DNA from: Chiloscyllium plagiosum
Taxonomy: Eukaryota
Direction: 5' to 3'
Length of the DNA stretch: 31,543 nt
Assembly: GCF_004010195.1 (NCBI RefSeq)
Contig: NC_057750.1
Coordinates: forward strand, 9,238,457 to 9,269,999
The position numbers and the translations under genes were made by a program. The notes below the pieces were generated by a model. That model was given only the letters and a program-made list of their open reading frames with translations. It searched no databases and was not told the DNA's origin. Numbering within the stretch: the stretch's first letter is position 1; each line of letters begins with the position of its first letter. Below are positions 22,539-31,543 of the stretch, piece by piece.

Positions 22539-23399
22539 TGCAAGTCTTTTTTTCTCTAGTCAGAGCTACATACACACGTAGAGGTGGGGAGTTAGGGGGT
22601 GCTGGGTTGGTGTTTATCACTGAGGGTCGGAATTGAAGACCCTACTGACAGTACCATGAGGAGATTCATGGACAACCCACACGCTTCAGTGCCTTGGATC
22701 TGACTGACCACCGACCCTTACCCTCCTACAAAGTAACTACTTTGAAAAAAAAGCCTCTTTCAACCGAGCAGGGATTCCCATCGTAGGGAGGACACTGGGT
22801 GAAAGGGTGACTGAGTCGACAGCACAGAGGTAACCATTGAGCTGCCCTCATTTCCTTTCCCTCCCACATCCGCCATGCATCAGGGGAGAGTATTTGTGCT
22901 TACGGTGAGCAAGTGTCCCATTCTAACTCCCCCTCAAAAACCAAGTGCGGCCACTTTGAAATTCAACAGAGAGTGATTCTAGTCCGAGAATCCTTGCAAC
23001 GTTTACCCTGCCCGGGTTTGGAACGCGCTAATGTCTGGGACAGTGAGACAATGAGGTGTCCGTGATAAGAAGAGTTTTGTAACTGCCGAGGACAAGGGAG
23101 ACACTGGACCTTACCCTAAGAGCTCAGAGATGATGGGGAAGCTCATCATGGAAAAAGTTGCTGCCTCCAGGGGGAGTAGGCGACATTCTGAATGAGCAAG
23201 GGCAGAGAGAGTTTCAGATCCTGAATTCCTCACTCAGCCCCAGGAATAAACACCACCAGCCAGTTAACAGTGTGTGAGATATCCGGATTATCAGGAAATG
23301 TTGGAGGGTTATTGAACACAATGGTGGGAAGCAATGTCAGGAAGGTTTAGTTTAGGATTATGCTCGGCATGGACTGGTGCACCAAAGCGTCTGTTTATA

Positions 23400-23697
23400 A
23401 GACATAGGAGCAAGTGTAGAATTTTCAACACATCAAGTTTATTTTGCCATTTAATGAGATTATTTCTTAATCCCCGACTTTTCTCCAGAATCCTTGATTC
23501 CTTTACTGATTAAAAATCTACCTTAGCATTGAACCTATTGAACTATGCAGCCTCGATAGCCTCTCGATTGTAAAGAGTTCCACAGATGCACCACCTTCAA
23601 CAGAAGAACTTCCTCCTCATCTCTGTCTTAAAGTGCAACTCCTTACTCTGGTCATAGACTCTGCCAGGAGTGGAAACAGCCTCTCCTCAACTACCTA
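23400..23697 (-). mobile_element. CR1 LINE 3' end interrupted by HE1
   Basis: taagacataggagcaagtgtag..aaagagttccacagat..ttcctcctcatctctgtcttaaa. Confidence 0.75.
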
Positions 23698-24016
23698 GGG
23701 CAGCACTGTGGCTCAGTGGTTCGCACTGCTGCCTCACAGTGCCAGAGACCTGGGTTCAATTCCTGCCTCAGGCAACTGTCTGTGTGGAGCTTGCACATTC
23801 TCCCCGTGTCTGCGTGGGTTTCCTCCGGGTGCTCCGGTTTCCTCCCACAGTCCAAAAATGTGCAGGTGAGGTGAATTGGCCATGGGAAATTACCCGTAGT
23901 GTTAGGTAAAGGGGTAAATGTAGGGGAATGGATTTGGGTGGGTTACTCTTCGGAGGGTCGGTGTGGACTTGTTGGGCCGAAGGGCCTGTTTCCACACTGT
24001 AGGGAATCTAATCTAA
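23698..24016 (+). mobile_element. Full-length HE1 V-SINE with intact Pol III A and B boxes
   Basis: A box TGGCTCAGTGG at 23709-23719, B box GGTTCAATTCC at 23753-23763, V domain, (AATCT)n tail. Confidence 0.92.
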
Positions 24017-24214
24017 AACCCTCTAAGCATCTTATATTGCCCCACAGCATATTACAGCCTGTGAAATGTGTTTTTTTGAAGTTTAATAGTCAAAAATGCA
24101 CCAGTCAATGGCCACGCAGCAAGTTCCCAGAAACAGCAATTGGCTAGATATTGTTTTAATGATGTTGGTTGAGAGACATATATCAGTTAAATATCACCCT
24201 ATAGTTCTTGCATG

Positions 24215-24652
24215 TATCATGGAATCCCTACAGTGTGGAAGCAGGCCATTCTGCCCATCGAGTCCACACCAATCTTCCAAAGAGCATCCCATGTAACCCT
24301 GCATTCCCATGGCTGACCTACCTAGCCTGCACAACCCCGGACACAATGGGCAATTTCCTATTGCCGAACCTGCACATCTTTGGACTGTGAGAGGAAACTG
24401 GAGCACATGGAGGAGGAAACCCACGCAGACACGGGGAGAATGTGCAAACTCTACACAGTCACAAAGTTAAAAATCACACAACACCAAGTTATAGTCCACC
24501 AGGTTTATATGGAAGCACTATAACCTGGTGTTGTGTGATTTTTAACTTTGTACACCCCAGACCAACACTAATATCTCCAAATCATGACTACACAGTAGAA
24601 TTTAACCCAGTCTCTGGTGCCGTGAGGCAGCAGTGCTAACCACTGAGCCACC
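24215..24652 (-). mobile_element. Full-length HE1 SINE interrupted by a palindromic element
   Basis: The head reverse complement gtgaggcagcagtgctaaccactgagccacc is at the right; the tail atggaatccctacagtgtggaagcaggcc is at the left. Confidence 0.87.
24460..24587 (+). mobile_element. Palindromic Penelope-derived element lacking its hammerhead centre, 9-bp TSD, inside an HE1 SINE
   Basis: 35-bp inverted arms at 24461-24495 and 24517-24551 with one mismatch. CTACACAGT occurs at 24451-24459 and 24588-24596. Confidence 0.82.
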
Positions 24653-24751
24653 CACTTCGCTACAATTTCCCTGCAGATTTGCTCCTTGATCTTTCTCATG
24701 CTTATTAAATACGCCAGTGGTGTGATTATACCCATTCTGCTTCTCCTATAT

Positions 24752-25202
24752 CAGCGGTGGCACAATTGGCAGCATTACTCTGTATTTCAAGTCTCTGGGT
24801 TCAAGATTCATTGCAGTGCTTGAGAACAGCAAACCAGGCTGACACAAGCAATGCAGTACTGCGGCAGCGCTGCACTAGCAAAGGTGTCATTTTCACATCA
24901 GATGATAAACCGAGACCCTGCCTGCTCAGATGGAGGTAAACGATCTCATGGCAATATTCTGAAGAACAGCAGGGGGGTTTTCCCCAGCACTCGGCCAACA
25001 CCTATTCCTCAACTGACATCCCTAAAGCAGATTATCTGTTTGTTATTACATTGCTGTTTGCGGGACCTTGGTGTGGGTTTATTGACTGGCGTCTTTCCCA
25101 CATTGCGACAGTGACTACACTTAGAAACATACGTCATTGGCTTCAAAGTACATTGGATGACCAGTGGTCTTGAGAGATGCTATATAAACACAAAACCTTT
25201 TT
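24752..25202 (+). mobile_element. Deu-domain SINE (SacSINE1-like), near full length
   Basis: tRNA-like head (gtggcacaattgg...ctgggttcaag), Deu core gctgacac..tgcagtactg..gctgcact..aaggtgtc..aaaccgagaccc, tail gatgctatataaacac. Confidence 0.82.
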
Positions 25203-25865
25203 TAACTCTAATCAAAGATGTAGAAAGAGTCTGTTTATGCGCTGCATAACTCTGTGGCTTTAAAGGGATTCTACCTCAGAGAGTTCCCTCAAACAGTACA
25301 ATGTCTTTTAATCAGTACTGTCAATTCACCTCCCTTTTCTCCCTTTCTATCTTTTCTGAAGGTTTACATTCTCGTATTTTAAACACACCTCCTCATCATA
25401 TTTTAGCCACACTTTCTGTATTGCCACCAGGTCATTTTCTGTCCTAGGTCCTTTTTGCAGTGTTCCAACAAACCCCGACACACACTGCAGGAACAGCACT
25501 TCATTTTCCATTCAGGCATTTCTAAACCTACACTACTTAATACTTAGATCAAAAATGTCAGACCATGAACTGTGCCCTCCATTTTGATTACACCCCCCCC
25601 GACTAAAAATATCCTATTTGCACAAGTTTACTCTCACCAGGACTGATGTAGTTTCTGCTATTAACATTTACTCTTCCAACTGTATTTCTCCTTTACTCCC
25701 ATGTGCGAGTAAGATTGAAAATTGCAGATGAACTAGTCACAATTTTTCTGTCTTCTTTCAGCCCAGCTGATGTCAGAGGACTGGAAAATTGCCAATTTAA
25801 CAACAAGCCTAGTGACTATTGGAAGTCAATTCCATTTTGGTTATGGAGAACTTCTAGAAATAATT

Positions 25866-26180
25866 CAGGGTGGCCGAGTGGTTAGCACTGCTGCCTCACC
25901 GCAATCAGGGACCCAGGTTTGATTCCACCCTTGGGCAACTGTCTGTGTGGAGTTTGCACCTTCTCCCTATGGGCTTCCTCCCACAGTCCAAACATGTGCA
26001 GGTTAGGGTGGATTGACCATGATAAATTGCTCACAGTGTCCAGGGATGTGTAGGCCAGGTGGATTAGCCATGGAAAACGCAGAGTTAAAGGGTGGATTTG
26101 AGTGGGATGCTCTTCAGAAGGTTGGTGTGGACTCGATGGGCCAAATGGCCTTCTTCCATGCTGTACGGATTCTGTGATTA
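25866..26180 (+). mobile_element. Full-length HE1 SINE
   Basis: agtggttagcactgctgcctcac...ggtttgattcc, V domain, tail gggccaaatggcc...ggattctgtgatt. Confidence 0.87.
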
Positions 26181-26756
26181 ATACTCCCTTTCCCCTTTGT
26201 TCTGGGCATCTTTCCTGTCTGTTCCTCCTCACCTTTCCAACAGCATGGAGCCCATCCAGCCCTCTTCAGTTCCAAAGAATTGTATTGATTCAATTAACTC
26301 AGTTTCTCTCTTCAGTTTCTCCAGCACTCTGTTTTTATTTCTGATCTCCAGTATCTATAGTATTTTGCCTTTCCACGTAACTATTTATTTTTGCATCTTG
26401 CTCACCTTATTCACTACAATTTGTGTAATTACATGTACGTATTCTAAAGCCGTCTTTGTATACTCCTTAGACTGCTCCTACTGAATAGAGGGCGAATTGT
26501 TTAATACTCCTGTTCTAAGCTCTCACCTGGTGTACCTTCATTTCTGCTCCTGCATGCCAATGACCAACCCTCCCAACTGTAGTAATATTTTTCTCGTTAT
26601 TCTTCCACGGGGCGTGAGCAAGATCAGAATTTGTTGCTGACTCATAATTTCCCTTGAACTGAGTGCCCTGTCAGGCCATTTCAGAGGGCAATTAAGAGTC
26701 AACTACCTTGTGGTACAACAGCAGGGAAGTGATGCTGAATTCCTACAAGATGCTGG

Positions 26757-27275
26757 AGTCATAGAGTCATCGAGACGTACAGCACGGAAACAGACCCTTC
26801 GGTCCAACTCGTCCATTCCGACCAGATATACTAACCTAATCTACTGCCATTTGCCACTTGGTCCACATCCCTCTGACCCCTTCCTATTCATATACCCATC
26901 CAGATGCCTTTTAAATGCTGTAATTGTACCAGCCTCCACCACTTCCTCTGGCAGCTTATTCCATACACGTAACCACCCTCTATGTGAAAAAGTTGCCCCT
27001 TAGGGCCCTTTTATGTCTTTCCCCTCTCACCCTAAACCTATGCCCTCTAGTTATGGACTCCCCTATCCCAGGGAAAAGACCTTGTCTATTTACCCTATCC
27101 ATGCCCCTCATAATTTTGTAAACCTCTATGAGATTCCCCCCCACCCCCCTCACCCTCTGACGCTCCAGGGAAAACAACCCCAGTCTTTTCTGAACCCTTT
27201 CAAGTTTCACAACATCCTTCTGATAGGAAGGAGACCAGAACTGCACGCAGTATTCCAAAAGTAGCCTAACGAATC
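26757..27275 (-). mobile_element. CR1/HER1 LINE 3' end
   Basis: Minus ORF EYCVQFWSPSYQKDVVKLERVQKR..LIEVYKIMRGMDRVNRQGLFPGIGESITRGHRF. Confidence 0.92.
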
Positions 27276-27468
27276 ACATTAGTTAGACCTCGGCTAGCGT
27301 ACTGTATACACTTTAGTGCTATACCAGAGAGAGAACGTGAATAAATTGGAGAGACTGCAAATGAGATTTACAAGAAAGGTTATTTGGATGTGGAAATATC
27401 AGTTATGAGGAGAGGTTGGGATTATTGGAGAGAAGGAGGCTAGGAGGAGATCTGAGAGAGATTTTCAA

Positions 27469-27618
27469 GCAGGAATTTTCAGCGATGCTTCGTCTGAGGC
27501 CCACTGAAGATGTTACCTAGTAGATTGACGAAACATCTGGAAATGAACCTTCAAGCTCAGCGAGCAAACCTACATCCAGAACTTCAACCTGAACTACAAA
27601 TCTTCTCAAAACTCGCGA
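27469..27618 (+). mobile_element. Penelope-derived short element with hammerhead-like core and 12-bp TSD, inside a CR1 fragment
   Basis: ccaCTGAAGAtgttacctagtagattgacGAAAcaTCtgg at 27501-27540. AGAGATTTTCAA occurs at 27457-27468 and 27619-27630. Same family as 22439. Confidence 0.8.
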
Positions 27619-27759
27619 AGAGATTTTCAAAATCATGAGCAAGCTGGATTGAGTAAATAAGGATTAATCCTGAGATTACTAAATTTGAGGGTTTTTTTTT
27701 AAAATTTCCTGCTAAATAGGACTTCCATACCACCTCTCAGCTTGTCTACATTTTAATTC

Positions 27760-28390
27760 AGTCATGGGATGTGGGCTTCACTGGCTGTCCTGTTCCTAAT
27801 AATCACCTGAAGGAGGCGTAGTGGAACTGTCTTCTTGAATCACTACAGTTCATTTAATAATGGCCCATCCACAGCGCTGTTAGGAAGGGTGTTCCAGATC
27901 TTTGACCCGGTGACAGTGAAGAAAGTCAGGATGGTAATTACTCACTGCAGGGTTAATCGCCACAGTATTTATATGGTTGGTCCTGTTCAATTTCCAGTCA
28001 GTGGTCATCCCCAGGATGTTGACGGTGAAGCATTTTTTTCTTTATTTCTCTAATGTGTATCTAGGTACATTGTACCTAAGATGGCTTCATGAGGGGACCC
28101 CTATGTGAGAATCTCTCTGGCTATGTGGAAGGCATCTTGAAACCTATTGTACAGGGGATCCCAGCTTCTGTCGCGACACTACGGATTTCTTACAGGAACT
28201 CAGCACCCATGGACCATCTCCGATTCATGAGGAATGACATTGTAAACTTTTCACTGTACTCTGTTCTTATGGACTTGAAAGGATGTGTCAATAAAACTAA
28301 TTCCAATTCTTATTCATTCAGTGATGCTAATGTCATGGAATGTTAAGGGACGATGATTAGATTTTCTGCTGTTGGAAACAGTCATTGCTC
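27760..28390 (-). mobile_element. CR1/L2-clade LINE fragment with nested insertions
   Basis: agggtgttccagatctttgacccggtgacagtgaagaa..ccccaggatgttga, resuming as ttcagtgatgctaatgtcatggaatgttaaggg. Confidence 0.65.
28095..28223 (+). mobile_element. Penelope-like reverse transcriptase internal fragment (frameshifted)
   Basis: Translates as LCENLSGYVEGILKPIVQGIP / SFCRDTTDFLQELSTHGP, matching the PLE RT pattern E.LS.Y....L.P.V...PS...DT.DFL..L. Flanked by TTCATGAGG at 28086-28094 and 28224-28232. Confidence 0.72.
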
Positions 28391-28639
28391 TCTCTAATCC
28401 TCTACATCTCGTTCATGTGTTTTTACAGTGCACTCATTGTTTTACCGTTTCGGAGCACAATTAAAACACCTTCTATGACAGGAAAAGCCTCAGAGTTTTA
28501 ATAGAGGACTTTCCCTGTTGAAATGAATGCTGGGATAGCTAAGCCTCCATTACAACCTATTACTCTCCAGTGTAACTAGTGCAGAGAATGAAAGATTGAC
28601 GGCAGCACATAATTCCTGGTAAATGAAGAATAATTATTT

Positions 28640-29235
28640 TTATTTTATTCTTTCATGGACCATCGGTGTCATTGTGTCGGCCAATATTTATTGCCCGTCC
28701 CTAATTGCCCCGAGAGACGGTGATGGTGAGCCACCTTTTTGAACTACTGCAGTCCTTGGCTGAAGGGACACCTACAGTGCTTACTGGGAATGTGTTCCAG
28801 GATTCTGAAAGAACAGTGTCCGTGAAAGAACAGTGATATATTTCCAAGTCAGGATGTGAGTGACTTGGAGGGAACTTACAGGTAGTGGTGACCCTATGTA
28901 TCTCCTCCCCTTGTCCTTTTCAGTGGTCGTGGTCTTTGGTTTGGGAAGTGCTAGGGAGTCTTGGTGAGTTGCTGCAGTGCATCTTCTAGATTGTACACAC
29001 TGCTGCGACTGACCGTTGGTGGAAGGAGTGACTGTTCTAAGGGGATGGATGATGCCAGTCAAGCAGGCTGCTTTGCTCTGGATGGTGTAGAGTATGGTTG
29101 AAGCTGCACTCATTAACATGGGTGAACAATATTCCATCACACTTCTGACTTGTGCCTTTTAGACGGTGAACAGGCTTTGGGGAGTCAGGAGATGAATTAC
29201 TGTAGAATTCTGAGTCTTTGACCTGCTGTTGTAGC
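28640..29235 (-). mobile_element. CR1/L2-clade LINE 3' end
   Basis: Minus MMEYCSPMLMSAASTILYTIQSKAACL..ILTWKYI, preceded by aaggcacaagtcagaagtgtg (KAQVRSV). Confidence 0.85.
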
Positions 29236-29827
29236 CTGTTGCTAGGAAAAGGTGTGTGGTGGGATCCTGAGGACTGACGGTGGATTACAGAATAAATATC
29301 ACTGAAGCCTCTAGTACAGCAAATTAACAGTTATTACTGCCGATTCTGCGAGTCCAACACTCCCTCAGGCTTATACGGTAGAATTAGTTTCTCTTTCCAG
29401 ATGTCAAGGTCAAGAGAAACTGTCCATTCCAATAGGACGTTGTCCCAGAAAGACTGACAAACACTTAACCTAATGTAGGCTTGGAAACTCACCGGGGATT
29501 GTCAGAACACCATGCTGAACTGTTCCAGAAACAGCACAATGCTAGTAATCAAAAGAGAGCCCAGAACTAATTCCTGCCTGACAGAACTTCACCAGACTCT
29601 CATTGTAGATGAGCTACACCCTGCACCATTCACAAACACGTGGCTGTTCAATACAGCTTTGGCCTTCAAGTTCTCATTCCTGTCTGATCCCTGAGTGACC
29701 AAAATCAGTCTTAAGTATATTCAATGAGGGAGCATCTACCACCATCTGGGCTAGCAAGTTCCTAGGATTCACAACCCCTTAAATGAAGCAATTTCTCCTC
29801 ACATTGGTCCTAAATGTTCAGCCTCTC

Positions 29828-30480
29828 ATTCTTTTTCATTTGTGGGATGTTGGTGTCACCGGCTGGGCCAGCATATATTGCCCCGTCCCTAGTTGCCCTT
29901 TGAGAAGGTGGGGGTGAGCTGCCATCTTGAACCGCTGCAGACCACCTGCTGTGGGTCGACCCACGATGCCCTGAAGGGAGGGAATTCCAGGATTTTGACC
30001 CAGCGACTGTGAAGGAATGGCGATATATTTCCAAGTCAGGGTGGTGAGTGGCTTGGAGGGGAACTTGCAAGGGGGGGTGGTGTTCCCATGTATCTGCTGC
30101 CCTTGTCCTTCTGGATGGATTTGGTCATGGTTTGGAAAGTGCTGTCTGAGGATCTTTGGTGAATTTCTGCAGTGTATCTTGTAGATGGTACAAATTACTG
30201 TCACTGAGCATCGATGGTGGAGGGCATGGATGTGATGCCAGTCAAGCGGGGGCTGCTTTGTCCTGGATGGTGTCGAGCTTATTGAGTGTTGTTGGTGCTG
30301 CCCTCATCCAGGGCAAGTGGGGAGTAGTCCATCACACTCCTGACTTGTACCTTGTAGATGGACAGGCTTTGGGGAGTCAGTTGGCACAGTATTCCTAGGC
30401 TCTGACTTGCTCTTGTAGGCACTGTATTTCTATGGTGAGTCCAGTTGAATTTCTGGTCAATGATAACCCCCAGGACAGTG
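29828..30480 (-). mobile_element. CR1/L2-clade LINE 3' end
   Basis: Minus LGVIIDQKFNWTHH..LTPQSLSIYKVQVRSVMDYSPLA and CTIYKIHC..LTWKYIAIPS. Confidence 0.88.
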
Positions 30481-30514
30481 CTGAGCCAGTGATTCCCATG
30501 TTCTTGCTTCCCCA

Positions 30515-30518
<4 letters not shown>

Positions 30519-30556
<38 letters not shown>
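30519..30556 (+). repeat. (TG)19 microsatellite
   Basis: Perfect dinucleotide run. Confidence 0.97.
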
Positions 30557-30562
<6 letters not shown>

Positions 30563-30604
30563 GGGGGTGGGTGAGATGTAACCCTCTCAGCGTCTACTCT
30601 ATCA

Positions 30605-30945
30605 AGGGAAAGTGGTGCAGTAGTTGGAATGTCACTGGACTGACAGGGCCAAGTTAATGTTCTGTGTTTATAGGTTTGTATCCTGCCATGGCCAATGGTG
30701 ACATTTGAATTCACTAAAATAAAAAAACTCCCCGGTGATGACCATGTCAATGTTGCCAAACCTATCTAGGTCACTAATGCCCCTTAGGGAAGGAAATCTG
30801 CCATCCTTACCTGGTCTGGCCTACATGTGACTCCAGACCCACAGCAATGTAGTTAACTCCTAACTGCCCTCTGGGCTATTAGGGATGGACAATAAACGTT
30901 GGTGTAGTCAGTGATGCCCACAGCCTGTACATTAATTTTTTTTTT
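30605..30945 (+). mobile_element. tRNA-type shark SINE with LINE-derived tail
   Basis: aatgtcactggact..agggaaggaaatctgccatccttacctggtctggcctacatgtgactccagacccacagcaatgt..gggatggacaataaa. Confidence 0.8.
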
Positions 30946-31216
30946 TAAATTCCCTTCAGAATCTTTGATGTTGCAATGAGACCTCCTCATTCTTCTAAAG
31001 GCCAGACAATATACAACAGATTCAGTCCCAGAAGGCAACCCCCTTCAACCCAGGCCCCAACTAGTGAAGCTGCAATGACCCCAATCCAAGTGCATCATTT
31101 CTTACAACTAAAGTCCAAAACTGCACAGTCTTCCTAAAACCACAGAGCAACAAAGCTTCTTTATTCCTGTACTGCAGCCAGACCCTGCAATACATGCCAT
31201 TTCCTCATTGCTTGCT

Positions 31217-31274
31217 GCACAGTGGTGCAGTGGTTAGCACTACTACCACACAGCACCAGGGACCCAGGTTCAAT
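31217..31274 (+). mobile_element. HE1 SINE 5' tRNA head, cut at the B box
   Basis: gcacagtggtgcagtggttagcactactaccacacagcaccagggacccaggttcaat. Confidence 0.75.
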
Positions 31275-31543
31275 AGCAGCAGAGATGTGGAGAAACAGAT
31301 TGGGAAACAGATTTTGGAAAGGTGCAGAAACCACAGGGTAGTAGTCATGGGTGATTTCAACTTCCCAAATATTGATTGGAAGCTCTTTAGATCAAGTAGA
31401 TTGGAATGGGCGGTGTTTGTGCAGTGTGTCCAGGAAGCTTTTCTAACTCAGTATGTAGATTGTCCGACCAGAGGGGAGGCCATATTGGATTTGGTACTTG
31501 GTAACGAACCGGGACAAGTGATGGGCTTGTTAGTGGGTGAACA
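31271..31543 (+). mobile_element. CR1-clade LINE ORF2 APE endonuclease region, open frame running off the window
   Basis: NSSRDVEKQIGKQILERCRNHRVVVMGDFNFPNIDW...FVQCVQEAFLTQYVDCPTRGEAILDLVLGNEPGQVMGLLVGE, with no stops and the GDFN and PTR..LDL motifs. Confidence 0.92.

Larger units (their letters stand above)
21585..22555 (+). mobile_element. Deu-domain SINE (SacSINE1/AmnSINE1-like), interrupted near its 3' end
   Basis: agtactaaggaagtgctgcactgccaaaggtgctgtctttt...atcacattgctgtt...acattataacagtgactagacttcaaa. The tail ataaatgcaagtcttttttt resumes at 22426-22553. Confidence 0.75.

Noticed and set aside
23698..23770. tRNA gene
   Set aside because: The A and B boxes continue directly into the V-SINE body; this is a SINE head.
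17700..31543. Upstream NOVA exon (KH1 exon or NOVA1-like alternative exon)
   Set aside because: No matching peptide seen. Candidate donors (ccttacc at ~22717 and ~23109) lack convincing acceptors or NOVA-like translation; a micro-exon cannot be excluded by eye.

Overview
Repeat-dense vertebrate genomic DNA, most likely a shark, given the many HE1/V-SINEs, Deu-SINEs and CR1-type LINEs. The only host coding sequence is the terminal exon of a NOVA-family neuronal splicing factor, best matching NOVA2. It lies on the minus strand at 17094..15985 and encodes KH2, an Ala/Gly-rich linker and KH3, with a clean branch point and AG acceptor. The upstream exons lie beyond the right edge, so 17095..31543 is intron, and the 3' UTR runs leftward into a 760-nt assembly gap. 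The most interesting non-coding signal is a set of short insertions from about four sequence families. Several are palindromic, several have 9-15 bp flanking direct repeats, and they carry minimal hammerhead-ribozyme cores (CUGANGA-stem II-GAAA-palindromic 2 nt-UH) like those of Penelope-like retroelements. A Penelope RT fragment is also present. Other highlights are a 57-bp G-rich minisatellite abutting the NOVA2 branch point, a sense-strand YCAY cluster downstream of the stop (possible autoregulation), Pumilio and X-box motifs in the proximal 3' UTR, a four-layer nested insertion, and a young CR1 endonuclease ORF at the right edge. Repeat boundaries were estimated by eye and family names come from recalled consensus motifs; no searches were run.
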